Positions 19,346 to 29,975 are shown, numbered from the stretch's first letter. The stretch is DNA of 64,000 bases from a virus (IMGVR_UViG_3300009716_000731:32001-96000), one strand, 5' to 3'. The notes: generated from the letters alone by a model not told the origin. Program-made: numbers and translations.

Positions 19346-20161
19346 ATGGAATTAAAAACTTATATAAGTAAAGAAGAATTAGAATTATTATTGAGTAATA
19401 ATATATCATTCAAAGAATGTTTGAGTATATTAAACGTTAGTAATAGAACTCTTAAAAAATATAGAAAATTATATGGATTCTCTTTAGATAGAGTTATAAA
19501 AGACTTCTCCAGTAAGTGTCATAGATGTGATAATATAGTAGATTATAAATCTACCTCAGCTAAAGAAAAAGTATATTGTAGTAGATCTTGTGCTAATAAA
19601 AGAGAACATACCGAAGAAACTAAACAAAAGATGTCTATTAGTGCTAAATTGAACTATGTTAAGGACATACCATTTTGTCTAAATTGTAATGCTGATATAA
19701 GTCATAAAAAGAATAAGATTAAATTTTGTTCTAGGAGTTGTGGTTCTAAATATACTATGAATACCGATGAAGGTAAGGAAAGAATTAAAAATATGGTAAA
19801 AAAATCTGTAATATCACAATCCAGAAGAAGTAAGAATGAGATTCTTTTCTATGAAAAATGTAATAATTATTTTAACTCAGTTGAGAATAATATTGTTATG
19901 TTTAATGGTTGGGATGCGGATATTATAGTTCATGACTATAAGATTGCTGTTTTATGGAATGGTGTTTGGCATTATAAACAAATATATAAAAGTCAGTCAT
20001 TGAAACAAATACAAAATAGAGATAGAATAAAAATAAAAGAAATTATTGATTATGGTTATGAACCATATGTTATAAAAGATATGGGTAAATTTTCTATAAA
20101 AAAAGTAGATGAAGAGTTTAATAAATTCATAGAGTATATAAATAAAAAATCCGAATACTAA
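19346..20161 (+). CDS. Homing endonuclease-like protein (Zn fingers plus Vsr/DUF559-like nuclease)
   Basis: YCSRSC and FCSRSC repeats; DADII...AVLWNGVWHY. Confidence 0.75.
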   Translation: MELKTYISKEELELLLSNNISFKECLSILNVSNRTLKKYRKLYGFSLDRVIKDFSSKCHRCDNIVDYKSTSAKEKVYCSRSCANKREHTEETKQKMSISAKLNYVKDIPFCLNCNADISHKKNKIKFCSRSCGSKYTMNTDEGKERIKNMVKKSVISQSRRSKNEILFYEKCNNYFNSVENNIVMFNGWDADIIVHDYKIAVLWNGVWHYKQIYKSQSLKQIQNRDRIKIKEIIDYGYEPYVIKDMGKFSIKKVDEEFNKFIEYINKKSEY

Positions 20162-20175
20162 TTCGGATTTTTTAG

Positions 20176-20250
20176 TGTCCGTGGTAGGGTTCGAACCTAC
20201 GCGTCTCCTCGTTATGAGCGAGGCGCCTTAACCAACTTAGCTACACGAAC
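20176..20250 (-). tRNA. tRNA with CAU anticodon (elongator Met or Ile2)
   Basis: GTTCGTG/CACGGAC acceptor, CCTCG-CTCATAA-CGAGG anticodon arm, GGTTCGAACCC T arm; no encoded CCA. Confidence 0.92.
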
Positions 20251-20341
20251 ATATATTTATATATACTATTTTTTATTTTTGTTGAACAAAATTACAAAAT
20301 ATTTCTTAACAATAAATAATTTATATTAAAAATTTTTTTCT

Positions 20342-20349
20342 TATCTTTG
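20342..20349 (+). promoter_or_regulatory. Representative Bacteroidota-type -7 promoter element TAnnTTTG
   Basis: Same motif just upstream of genes at 851, 4422, 5397, 18293, 19224, 20287, 22233, 27561, 35209, 38974. Confidence 0.7.
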
Positions 20350-20354
20350 TCGCT

Positions 20355-20711
20355 ATGGAAATAAAAGTAGTCAATAATATCGCATTTAGGGTTATTCAAA
20401 GAATGGATTTTCCATTTGATGAAGAGTTTATTATAGCAGAAGATATTTCACATTTCTATGCGGATGCTAATACTATAAATATAGTTCTTTTAAGAGATAA
20501 TCCAACCAAGCCAATTATGACATATAAAGATGTCTTAGAAGAGATTGAGTATTTATATGATGATTCTATTAGATGGAGAAGTGATGAGATTAGAGATAAG
20601 CTACGTTTTTTTTATCATAAAGTATCTAATATAATGAAAACTTATAAAAGAGAAGAAAAGATTAATAAACTATTACAAGTAAATAAATGGGAGTTACATC
20701 TAGCATGTTAA
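20355..20711 (+). CDS. Hypothetical protein with C-terminal motif
   Basis: KREEKINKLL; TATCTTTG upstream. Confidence 0.65.
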   Translation: MEIKVVNNIAFRVIQRMDFPFDEEFIIAEDISHFYADANTINIVLLRDNPTKPIMTYKDVLEEIEYLYDDSIRWRSDEIRDKLRFFYHKVSNIMKTYKREEKINKLLQVNKWELHLAC

Positions 20712-21208
20712 AAAATAAAATATATTTATTTGATAAATGGTTATCTAGTGGTGAAAATATGCTTTATTTATTATCATTACTGATTATATCAGTAGTAATG
20801 ACTAATTTTGAAGTAACTCTTTTCTATGGTATTGGCTTATTATCACTTATTTGCTTTTATATGGTTTTTATTAAAATGAAAATCAATTCTAAAGAATGGC
20901 AACTTGATAAGTCGGTTTATAAATTACCAATAGTAGGTGAAACAATAGTTGTGCAAAAAGACTTTAAGTATGATTTAGCTAAGGTTCAAAATAGTAAAAA
21001 TTATATTTATAGTAAGGCGCTACAAAACTTACTAAAAGGATTTGAATTTGATGTAGTTAGTATAGAAGAATTGGAAGATGATTGGATAGTTGAATTACAA
21101 TTTAATTCAAGAAGTAAGCCTATTGAATTATTTTGGTTAGATGTAAAAGATTACTTTATGACAATTGCAGATATAAGAGAAGATAAATTAAATAAATTAT
21201 TAAAATAA
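20687..21208 (+). CDS. Membrane protein (2 TM) with C-terminal motif
   Basis: Two hydrophobic helices; ends IREDKLNKLLK. Confidence 0.65.
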   Translation: MGVTSSMLKNKIYLFDKWLSSGENMLYLLSLLIISVVMTNFEVTLFYGIGLLSLICFYMVFIKMKINSKEWQLDKSVYKLPIVGETIVVQKDFKYDLAKVQNSKNYIYSKALQNLLKGFEFDVVSIEELEDDWIVELQFNSRSKPIELFWLDVKDYFMTIADIREDKLNKLLK

Positions 21209-21210
21209 TG

Positions 21211-22164
21211 TTACTTTATAATATCTGATTTCCATAAAAAGTCTTTATATAAATTATCAGTATTTATTGATTTGTAAAGTGCTGTTTTGTTTTTTATACC
21301 TAAAAATAGTATAACATCTGATATATCTATAAATTCATTTATTAGTATAAGTTCTTTGTTGTATTGTTTTATATTTATATATTTTTTACCTTTGTTATTA
21401 AGCTTATTCTTAAATTTTAATTGTATATCAATTATATCATCTTTTTTTAGCATATTATAGCTAAAATAATAGTTTTTATGCTTAGAACATTTTCCTTTTA
21501 ACACTAACTTAATACCATTTGTATTTAGATTTAGACTTTTACTACATTTATTTATACTATCCCATTCTTCTATTAAGTTACCATCTAATGAATATTGATA
21601 TATTTTTACTTTTTTAAGTCCCTTATCTTTTCTAACATTTATGTTATTTTCAATAAAAATTTTTCTTAGAAAAGTTCTACTTATATTTAATAATAAGCAT
21701 ATTTCTCTAGTTGTTTTATTCTCATTATATAATTTGGTAACTATAGGTGCTAATATATCTCGTTTTGACTTCCATCTATCATGTATTATTTTTTTTGTTG
21801 AATCTTTCATTTTTAATCCACCGTTATTAGAAGCCTTAGGTCTTGCATTATATCCATTTATATATGTATTAAACTTATCTATATAATATTGTTCTCTTAA
21901 TAGACAATGATCTATTGCACACTCTTCAACTATTTCAAATATTAAATTGTCACCATTGAAGTATTTATTGAATGCTTTTTGTAAAATATTACACCCTGAA
22001 TTATTATTTTTTAATTGAGATATATGTGATTTCCATCTTCCATAAAATCCATCTTCACCAGAAGCACTACCTATGTAAATTTTATTAGATTTAGAATCAC
22101 AGAAGAATATTTTATACACTCCAGTTGTCTTTGGAAATTTATCTATATCGTTTATTTTATACAT
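21211..22164 (-). CDS. GIY-YIG homing endonuclease with NUMOD1-like repeats
   Basis: GVYKI...IYIGSA, R.KSH, REQYYID...GYN; IYQYSLDGNLIEEWDSI. Confidence 0.9.
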   Translation of the reverse strand: MYKINDIDKFPKTTGVYKIFFCDSKSNKIYIGSASGEDGFYGRWKSHISQLKNNNSGCNILQKAFNKYFNGDNLIFEIVEECAIDHCLLREQYYIDKFNTYINGYNARPKASNNGGLKMKDSTKKIIHDRWKSKRDILAPIVTKLYNENKTTREICLLLNISRTFLRKIFIENNINVRKDKGLKKVKIYQYSLDGNLIEEWDSINKCSKSLNLNTNGIKLVLKGKCSKHKNYYFSYNMLKKDDIIDIQLKFKNKLNNKGKKYINIKQYNKELILINEFIDISDVILFLGIKNKTALYKSINTDNLYKDFLWKSDIIK

Positions 22165-22257
22165 GTAAATAGTTTTTTTATTATATATAAAAATAAGTGA
22201 CTACCATTTATATAAATATAAAAAACTTTTATTATTTTTGTAAAAAAAATAACAATA

Positions 22258-22926
22258 ATGTCACAGTTACTACTAAACTCTAAAAATATACCTTCTTTAG
22301 ATGAAATTATTAGAGTCTCTAAAATTCATCCAAGTAGAATACATAATGTTTATATCTTCGGCTCGCAGGTATATGGAACATCAGATCATAAGTCTGATTG
22401 GGATATTATAATGGTTGCTAATAACTCAGTTGAATCAACAGAGATTTCACATCCTTTGTATAATATACATATTTTAACACCTAATAAATTTCAAGCTGAT
22501 TTAGACTGGCATCGTATGAATGCGTTGGAATGTTATTTTGCACCAGATTGGGCAAAATTAAAAGAAACTAAGGATTTCAAATTTCAATTAGATAAAGCTA
22601 AGTTAAGACATGCTACATCACATATTTCTTCCAATTCTTGGGTTAAAGCAAAGAAAAAATTAGAGGCAGGTGAAGAAAGAATTGCTCTTAAATCATTATT
22701 TCATTCTATTAGAATTCCTATGTTTGCATCACAGATTGCAACAAATGGTAAAATTTCTAATTTTGATGCGGCTAATTTTATTTGGAGAAGATTAACAAAA
22801 CAAGAAGATACTTTACTACCAAGATTAAATGATAAATGGGAATGGAATTCACTAGTAAATGAGTTTAGAGCTACTCATAATTTGATGTTATCAATGTTTA
22901 GAAATTCAGTTAGACAAGAAAAATAA
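22258..22926 (+). CDS. Pol-beta superfamily nucleotidyltransferase
   Basis: FGSQVYGT...SDWDI followed by a helical C-terminal domain. Confidence 0.8.
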   Translation: MSQLLLNSKNIPSLDEIIRVSKIHPSRIHNVYIFGSQVYGTSDHKSDWDIIMVANNSVESTEISHPLYNIHILTPNKFQADLDWHRMNALECYFAPDWAKLKETKDFKFQLDKAKLRHATSHISSNSWVKAKKKLEAGEERIALKSLFHSIRIPMFASQIATNGKISNFDAANFIWRRLTKQEDTLLPRLNDKWEWNSLVNEFRATHNLMLSMFRNSVRQEK

Positions 22927-23133
22927 ATATAAATCAGTTGTTAGATTCCCTGTGAATTTAGATTATGCTAGTTTATACACAAATACTACTAAAGGTTGGT
23001 ATCGTAAAAGTTTTTGGAGAATTGTAAAAATTAAGAATATATTAAAAGCTTGTCAATAAGACAAGCTTTTTTTATTAAATCATTATTTATAAAATTAAAA
23101 ATTAATATATACTAAAAAACTATTTTTTAGATT

Positions 23134-24498
23134 ATGTTACAAAAATATAATGATTTTATCTTAGAATCACAAGTTTATCAACTTTTATTAGAATCTGATG
23201 TTGTTTACTCAGACAATTTTAGAAGAGTTTTATCAAAAATAGATAATCCGGTTGCTAAAAAAATACTAGAAATTGAAAATAAAGATTTACCAGTTACAGC
23301 TAACTACTTCGATATTGATGTAAAAAGAAATGACTATTTATACTTTACTCCTGATAGAAAAGCACAAGAAATATTAAATGATCCTAAAAAATACGCAAGA
23401 TTTGTTGGTCGTGAAGGTGGTTGGTTAAAACATACTGAAGCTAATGCTAGAATTTTTGAGAGATTAGGTTATGTTCCAGGAGAGCATTCACCATATAATG
23501 GTAATGAAGTAGGTGAAGTAATCTCTGAGGTTGAATCAACGATTAATCCTGGTAAGTTTTGGGTTTATGTTAAATTTCCAAGCGGACAAGGTGTTTATAA
23601 TAAACAAAAATTAAGATTTGTTGATGATCGTCAACAAATGATTTGGCAGAAAAATCGTCAAGATGTTAGAGTTGGTAGAACAATGAAAGCTCTTTTAGAT
23701 ATTGCTAAAAATTCTGGTGACGAATCAGCTAATTTTAGCGCAAGAGATTTAGAGATTTTTGTTAACCTTTACAAAGCTCAAATGGATAAGTTCAATGATA
23801 AGTTTTCTTTATTTGATGTTGTTCAAGGTGATGACATATATCATTTTTATCAATATGATAACTATTATGAACCTGATTATACATTAGATAATTCTTGTAT
23901 GTCTCATGCTACTGATGATATGTTGTCTATTTACACAGATAATCCAACTGTTTCATTAGTAATTTTTAGAGCAGATCATGATGATAATTTTGATTATATT
24001 GTAGGACGTGCTCTTTTATGGGAGTTATTAGATGGTAAAAAGTTTATGGATAGAATATACTCAAATAGAGATTCTGATGTTGAGTTATTTAAGCAATATG
24101 CACAAGAAAATGGATGGTATTATAAAAAAACTAATAATAGTTCAGGTGGTCAATATGAAGCTTACTCACCAGAAGGTAAAATAGAAAAAATTGATATATC
24201 AGCACAATTAAAAAAAGGACATGATTGTTTTCCTTATATGGATACTCTTAAATGGTATAATACAGGAACTGGTGTTATGTCAAGTGTTAGACCGGAAAAA
24301 GGTTTTTGTTATTACTGCGAAGATACTGATGGTGGTTATGATGCTGAGTGTAGAACTTGTAGTGGTAATGAGTGTATTGAATGTCCTGAGTGTAATGGAA
24401 CAGGTGAGATAATTGAAAATGGAGAGCAAGTAGAATGCCCAAGATGTGAGGGAAATTGTGAAATAACTTGTCCAGATTGTGAAAATGCTGATTGGTAA
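23134..24498 (+). CDS. SCM/GRALLW-domain protein with DnaJ-type Zn finger (paralog 2)
   Basis: NSCMS, GRALLW, MDRIY, FPYMDT; 4 C-terminal CxxC; starts MLQKYNDFILE. Confidence 0.8.
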   Translation: MLQKYNDFILESQVYQLLLESDVVYSDNFRRVLSKIDNPVAKKILEIENKDLPVTANYFDIDVKRNDYLYFTPDRKAQEILNDPKKYARFVGREGGWLKHTEANARIFERLGYVPGEHSPYNGNEVGEVISEVESTINPGKFWVYVKFPSGQGVYNKQKLRFVDDRQQMIWQKNRQDVRVGRTMKALLDIAKNSGDESANFSARDLEIFVNLYKAQMDKFNDKFSLFDVVQGDDIYHFYQYDNYYEPDYTLDNSCMSHATDDMLSIYTDNPTVSLVIFRADHDDNFDYIVGRALLWELLDGKKFMDRIYSNRDSDVELFKQYAQENGWYYKKTNNSSGGQYEAYSPEGKIEKIDISAQLKKGHDCFPYMDTLKWYNTGTGVMSSVRPEKGFCYYCEDTDGGYDAECRTCSGNECIECPECNGTGEIIENGEQVECPRCEGNCEITCPDCENADW

Positions 24499-24500
24499 TT

Positions 24501-25835
24501 ATGATCTCTAAATACAATGATTTTATACTTGAAAGTAAATTAGAACTTTTATTGGAAGCAAAATTAGAGCTTACGAGTAATTTTTGTAAAGCTCTTGATT
24601 CTATGTCTGATAATAAGATTGCTAAATTTATATTATCATTAAATGATAAAGATATTGAAGATTTAGATCGAAATCTTATTGATATTACTGATTATGAAGA
24701 TAAAGTTTCTTTTATTGCTCAAAATAGATATGACTCAACAAGATTTTATAAGATGATTGATTCTGGTGATGTTTATTCTGGATTATCAGAGAGAGCATTT
24801 AAGAAAGGTTTGATTAAAAATTATGATTACTATAGAGGAATTGATACTCCATTGTTGGGTACAATTGAACCATTTGATGTTTCTGATATAGTTTCCTCTG
24901 ATTTCAATAGAATAGTTTATAAGTTTACTTATAAAGATGATGATGGTATTGAAAGAGATGTTATTACTGGTGATAAATATTTAGTTAGAGATTTTTCTAA
25001 TTCTACTAAAACAGAAATATCTGTTGGTAGATTTATAAGAGCATTTTTGCGTAAGCTAAATTTTGAGTTTACTGATAAAGAAATTGAAGAATTTGTAAAC
25101 AAGTATAAAGCTTATATACGAATCAAAAATGATATTTTTAGTAGATTTCGTGAAGTTAGTGGAGAACAGATAAAAGAATATTATAGAGAAGAAAATTATC
25201 AAAGAGGTGGTGGTAGTCTTAATAATTCTTGTATGAGACATGAAAAATGTCAACCTTATTTAGATATTTATTCTAAAAACCCAGAAGTTTGTAAATTAAT
25301 TATACTTGAATCAGATGATGAAGATGATCTTATATCTGGTCGTGCTCTTTTATGGACTGATACTAAAGGTAGGAAAATAATGGATAGAGTTTATACTACT
25401 GATAGTTCTCTTATAGAACTTTTTATAAAATATGCAATTAAAAATAATTATTTATATAAACAAGAACAAGACTTTTATGCTGACACTTTTTTAGTTAAAG
25501 ATAATAAAGTTTTAAGTAAAGAAGAATCAAAAGTAGTTATAAAGTTAAATGATTTGAAATATTCAAAATATCCTTATATAGATACTTTTAAGAATTATTA
25601 CTATGAGGAAAATATTTTAACTAATTTTTATATCAATAAAGCAATAGCAAATGAGTTGGGTATTAAATCTACATGGTGTTATACATTAGAATATACAGAT
25701 GGATCTTATTTGGATGAAGATGAAGAATGTCCAAGATGTTATGGTTCAGGTGATGCTCGTTGTCCAGAATGTGATGGTGAAGGTTGTGATGAATGTGATG
25801 GTATTGGATTTACAGAATGTCCTGGTTGTCAATAA
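24501..25835 (+). CDS. SCM/GRALLW-domain protein with DnaJ-type Zn finger (paralog 3)
   Basis: NSCMR, GRALLW, MDRVY, YPYIDT; 4 CxxC; starts MISKYNDFILE. Confidence 0.8.
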   Translation: MISKYNDFILESKLELLLEAKLELTSNFCKALDSMSDNKIAKFILSLNDKDIEDLDRNLIDITDYEDKVSFIAQNRYDSTRFYKMIDSGDVYSGLSERAFKKGLIKNYDYYRGIDTPLLGTIEPFDVSDIVSSDFNRIVYKFTYKDDDGIERDVITGDKYLVRDFSNSTKTEISVGRFIRAFLRKLNFEFTDKEIEEFVNKYKAYIRIKNDIFSRFREVSGEQIKEYYREENYQRGGGSLNNSCMRHEKCQPYLDIYSKNPEVCKLIILESDDEDDLISGRALLWTDTKGRKIMDRVYTTDSSLIELFIKYAIKNNYLYKQEQDFYADTFLVKDNKVLSKEESKVVIKLNDLKYSKYPYIDTFKNYYYEENILTNFYINKAIANELGIKSTWCYTLEYTDGSYLDEDEECPRCYGSGDARCPECDGEGCDECDGIGFTECPGCQ

Positions 25836-25863
25836 AAAAAAGGAGACTAATGTCTCCTTTTTT
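25834..25863. terminator. Bidirectional intrinsic terminator
   Basis: A-run GGAGAC-TAAT-GTCTCC T-run. Confidence 0.8.
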
Positions 25864-26599
25864 ATTTTTTCAAAACTTCTTTGGTGTAATACTCATCAAA
25901 TCCATTAAGATAAGTAGTAATTGGTGTTGATTTTTCTGTAATGATAATCTCATCAATAAAACCAAAGTCTAATGCTTCTTGTGAATTTAACCATTTATCA
26001 CGTCTTGCACTTTCTAAAACTTCATCAAAAGATTTTCCACTATTTTCTGCCAACATTTTGAAAAGAACATAGTTATATTTTTCTGATTCCATTTGAGAGA
26101 TACGATTATCTTCAACGTGACCACTTGCTCCAGAAGAAACTTGGTGAATCATAACTTTTGAGAAATTAAGAGAAGCTCTTTTACCTTTTGTTCCTGATGA
26201 TAAAAGAATTGAACCCATAGATGCTGCCATACCAGTGTTGATTGTTTGTACATCTGAGTTGATATATCTCATAACATCTACCATACCAAGACCTGCTAGT
26301 ACTGAACCTCCTGGTGTATTAACATGCATTGTTATGTCTTTTTTCTCAACGGAGTCTAAATACATTAGCTGAGCTTGGACAACATTACACATTTGCTCAT
26401 TAACAACACCGGCTACCCAGATAATTCTATCTCTCATTAAGCGAGAGAATACATCAATTTGAGTCATTCTCATTTCTCTTTCTTCAAGAATGTAAGGGGT
26501 CATACTATTCTCTACTAAATTTTTTTCAAAGTAGTGTAAATTCATAGATGAGATACCATTACTTAGTGCGTACTTTTCAAAATCTTTTTTAATATCCAT
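25862..26599 (-). CDS. clpP: ATP-dependent Clp protease proteolytic subunit
   Basis: DVFSRLMRDRII, NTPGGSV, AASMG, MIHQ, RDKWL. Confidence 0.95.
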   Translation of the reverse strand: MDIKKDFEKYALSNGISSMNLHYFEKNLVENSMTPYILEEREMRMTQIDVFSRLMRDRIIWVAGVVNEQMCNVVQAQLMYLDSVEKKDITMHVNTPGGSVLAGLGMVDVMRYINSDVQTINTGMAASMGSILLSSGTKGKRASLNFSKVMIHQVSSGASGHVEDNRISQMESEKYNYVLFKMLAENSGKSFDEVLESARRDKWLNSQEALDFGFIDEIIITEKSTPITTYLNGFDEYYTKEVLKK

Positions 26600-26674
26600 A
26601 ATTATTTATTAAATGTTATACATATCCTCCAGTAGAGGAACTATATTTTATAATATATAAACATAAAAAAGTTT

Positions 26675-27550
26675 ATGAAAAAAACATTTATTTACGGATT
26701 ATTTTCAGAAAGGGATAATATCATAAGATATATTGGTAAATCTGATAACCCTAATAAGAGGTTAAAAACACATATTTATCAAATGAATGATAGTAATACT
26801 CATAAAAATAATTGGATTAGAAAAGTAGTTTCAAATGGGGAAAAATTATGCTATAAAATAATTGAGGAGGTTTATTATCATGAGTGGAGACAGAAAGAAA
26901 TATTCTGGATTAGTAAATATAGCAATTTAGTCAATACATCTAAGGGTGGTCAAGGTGGTAGAGGTATTAAATATAATATATCATATGAGGATTGTAAAAA
27001 ATGGATTTCTGAAAACCTTACTATTAAAAGTAAAAGTAATTGGATGTTAAATAGTAAAAATTTACCCGACTTTATACCAAAAAATCCATACGAAACCTAT
27101 AAGAGTAGAGGATGGGTATCATGGGGTGATTTTTTATCTACTAATAGAGTACAAGATAATAAGTTATGCAATTATCTTTCCTATGAGGAAGCAAAAGAGT
27201 GGATAAAACTAAACATGTCGAATAACATAAATAGTAAAAATTGGAAAACAGTTAATAAAAACGAATTAATTCCTAATAGACCTGAAAGATATTATAGAAA
27301 TAAAGGTTGGATATCTTGGTCTGATTTTTTATCAAATAACAGAGTACAGAATCAAAAAAAAGAGTTTTTAGGTTATGATGATTTTATTAATTTTTTTATA
27401 GAGAATAAAATAATAATATCAAATATTTCTGATTGGTATAAATTTAGAAAAGATGCTCCTATTTTTATATGCAGTCGACCAGATATTTATTATAAAAATA
27501 AAGGTTGGATATCATGGGTGGAATTTTATAAAAAAATTATTATTTGTTAA
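26675..27550 (+). CDS. GIY-YIG homing endonuclease with three PxxPxxxY..GWxSW repeats
   Basis: FIYGL...RYIGKS, KRLKTH, KEIFWI; repeated C-terminal units. Confidence 0.85.
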   Translation: MKKTFIYGLFSERDNIIRYIGKSDNPNKRLKTHIYQMNDSNTHKNNWIRKVVSNGEKLCYKIIEEVYYHEWRQKEIFWISKYSNLVNTSKGGQGGRGIKYNISYEDCKKWISENLTIKSKSNWMLNSKNLPDFIPKNPYETYKSRGWVSWGDFLSTNRVQDNKLCNYLSYEEAKEWIKLNMSNNINSKNWKTVNKNELIPNRPERYYRNKGWISWSDFLSNNRVQNQKKEFLGYDDFINFFIENKIIISNISDWYKFRKDAPIFICSRPDIYYKNKGWISWVEFYKKIIIC

Positions 27551-27584
27551 ATATTTTTCATATTTTTGTCAAAAATATACAAAT

Positions 27585-28178
27585 ATGAAAAACGCGATTA
27601 AGCTATTTGACTTTGAAGGTACGCCGGTTTACCTTAAATACTGGTTCTTTATTTTACTTTTGCTAGGAATAGATAAATTTATTTCTATTTTTATTGCTGT
27701 ATTAGTTCATGAATTAGCACATACTTATGTAGCTAAAAAATTAAATCATTATGTAGATCACGTTTATTTAGATTTACTTAATGGTGCTGCTGCTATTGAT
27801 ACATCATATTCTTCTTATAAAGACACAATTAAAATTGTGGCAGCAGGACCTATTTCTAATTTACTTTTGTTTGGTATTGGTTCTTTTCTAATGAGTGTTA
27901 TACCTAGTAGCTTCTTAGAAACCTTTTGTTTTATTAATATTCTATTGTTTATTTTTAATATTTTACCAATTTATCCATTGGATGGTGGTCGAATTAGTAA
28001 AGCTTGTATGCAGTGGTTGACTAAACCATCTACTGGTCGAAAGTATAATGGATATTTATCAATGGTTACAAGTATCCTTTTAATGATATTTGGAATATAT
28101 TCACAAGATATTATTTTATCATTATTTTGCATCTTTTTCATTTATATCGCATATAAAGAAATAACACAATTATATTAA
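27585..28178 (+). CDS. Site-2 (M50) intramembrane metalloprotease
   Basis: HELAH, AAGP, FNILPIYPLDGG; multiple TM segments. Confidence 0.92.
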   Translation: MKNAIKLFDFEGTPVYLKYWFFILLLLGIDKFISIFIAVLVHELAHTYVAKKLNHYVDHVYLDLLNGAAAIDTSYSSYKDTIKIVAAGPISNLLLFGIGSFLMSVIPSSFLETFCFINILLFIFNILPIYPLDGGRISKACMQWLTKPSTGRKYNGYLSMVTSILLMIFGIYSQDIILSLFCIFFIYIAYKEITQLY

Positions 28179-28684
28179 TGTTAGATATAGGTAAAACAAA
28201 TCTTTTCTTAAACGAGAACAGTTATGTTGTTAGTAGAATAATAAATTATTACGATCTTATGGGTCGTAATTGTTTATTTTTAGACGGTGTTGATAGTAAT
28301 ATACATGTTAAATGTAGCAAGATTACTGTTACTTCCAATAACATATCAGAGTTACTAATTAATAATCTTTTTAGAGTTGATATTATTATTGCAACTTCTA
28401 TGACAAGATATGATACTTTATTAAGTAAAATTAGAGAAGTTACAGATTTACCCGTTATATTGATTACTGATAATTTTATCTATTCGGAAAAAGATTTACA
28501 AAATTTCGATTTTATATACAGATTGTATAAAATAGATGATACTAGTTATATAAATTTTGAAGATTATGAAAATAAATTTTTAGAAAAATCAAGAGTTAAT
28601 GACATTAAAAATAGTTGGGATATGTCATTAGCAGATATAAAGAAACAATATATTAGAGAAGAAAAAATTAATAAATTATTATAA
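28178..28684 (+). CDS. Hypothetical protein with C-terminal motif
   Basis: Ends IREEKINKLL. Confidence 0.65.
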   Translation: MLDIGKTNLFLNENSYVVSRIINYYDLMGRNCLFLDGVDSNIHVKCSKITVTSNNISELLINNLFRVDIIIATSMTRYDTLLSKIREVTDLPVILITDNFIYSEKDLQNFDFIYRLYKIDDTSYINFEDYENKFLEKSRVNDIKNSWDMSLADIKKQYIREEKINKLL

Positions 28685-28688
28685 AAAT

Positions 28689-29114
28689 ATGAGTAAAGCT
28701 TATGTTATTTTAGAAAAAGGTTATGAATATGATGATAACATTTATAATCAAACTGATGGTGGTGATCCAAGACTAATTTGTTTCAGTAAAGAAGATGCTG
28801 AACAAAGAATTAAAGAGCTTAATATTAAAGAATATAAGACAACTTCTATTAGAAATTATGCTTATGATGTATCAGAAATTTTGAATGTTGATTTAGCAGA
28901 ATATGAAGCATTTCAAAAAGAAATGAATGATAAATATGGTAAGGTAAAATCAAAATATTCTTGTGATAGTGATGAATTCAAGCTACATGAATCAGCAAAT
29001 GAAGAAGAAGCTCTTCGTTATCAACGAATGGTAGATATATCATTCTATGAGTACAAAGAAACTGATATTGATGTACAAAGTCACCGAGACAAAAAAATTA
29101 ATGATATTCTATAA
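28689..29114 (+). CDS. Hypothetical protein with C-terminal motif
   Basis: Ends HRDKKINDIL. Confidence 0.65.
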   Translation: MSKAYVILEKGYEYDDNIYNQTDGGDPRLICFSKEDAEQRIKELNIKEYKTTSIRNYAYDVSEILNVDLAEYEAFQKEMNDKYGKVKSKYSCDSDEFKLHESANEEEALRYQRMVDISFYEYKETDIDVQSHRDKKINDIL

Positions 29115-29144
29115 AAGAGATTTATAATAAAGAATATATACTTT

Positions 29145-29975
29145 ATGAAAAAGTTTATATTCTTTATTTTTTTATTATTTATAGTTATTTTTTCTTGTAA
29201 AAGTAGCAAAGATAAAGTAGAATCTTCGACTCCGAAACCGGAAGCTAAGTTAGATACTTGTCAAGCACCTATTGTTTCTGATCAATTGGTTGAGTCTTCA
29301 AGAGAACCAGCTAGTGTTGAGGAGGAAGAAATAGCTTCATCAGAACCAAGACCTTCAAAAAATGAAGTACTTAATAGAAAACCAAAAGTAAATAAACTGG
29401 AAAAAGAATCTAATACTAATTTAGATGCTAACTCTATAAATATTAATAAAGGTTTGCTTGCTTATTCGGTTCCTCTTGAAATGAAAGTTGGTGAGGAATA
29501 TACTGTTAAAGTTAGAATAACTAAACAAAAAGATAGGACTGTTTTAATAGTTGGAGATAATCAAATTCCAATATCTGATGATACAACAAATGTTAGAGTA
29601 GAATCGATAAGAGTATCCTCTGTTATGTCAGCTTCACTTTATGGTAAAAAAGGAGATTTTGAGATTGAATCAACATCAACAGAATTTCAAAATATTGAAG
29701 ATTTTGGTTACACTGAATGGTCATGGTTAGTGACTCCGTTAAAAGGAGGACAAAATAATCTTAAACTTAATATAAAAATTAGAATACAAGATAATGGACA
29801 AGACTTTTATAAAGACATAACAGTTTTTGAAAAGAAAGTAAAAGTCAAGTCAAATATAACATCAAGTTTTTTTGATTTTGTAAAACAAAATTGGGAATGG
29901 TTTATGAGTGTTATATTTATTCCTTTAATAAGATGGTTATTCTTATGGTGGAAGAATAAAAAAAGAAGAAAATAA
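29145..29975 (+). CDS. Lipoprotein with C-terminal membrane anchor
   Basis: Lipoprotein signal ...FIVIFS-C; C-terminal hydrophobic helix followed by KNKKRRK. Confidence 0.65.
   Translation: MKKFIFFIFLLFIVIFSCKSSKDKVESSTPKPEAKLDTCQAPIVSDQLVESSREPASVEEEEIASSEPRPSKNEVLNRKPKVNKLEKESNTNLDANSININKGLLAYSVPLEMKVGEEYTVKVRITKQKDRTVLIVGDNQIPISDDTTNVRVESIRVSSVMSASLYGKKGDFEIESTSTEFQNIEDFGYTEWSWLVTPLKGGQNNLKLNIKIRIQDNGQDFYKDITVFEKKVKVKSNITSSFFDFVKQNWEWFMSVIFIPLIRWLFLWWKNKKRRK

Noticed and set aside
20176-20250. Initiator tRNA-fMet
   Set aside because: It has a paired G1-C72 and lacks the three consecutive G-C pairs in the anticodon stem.
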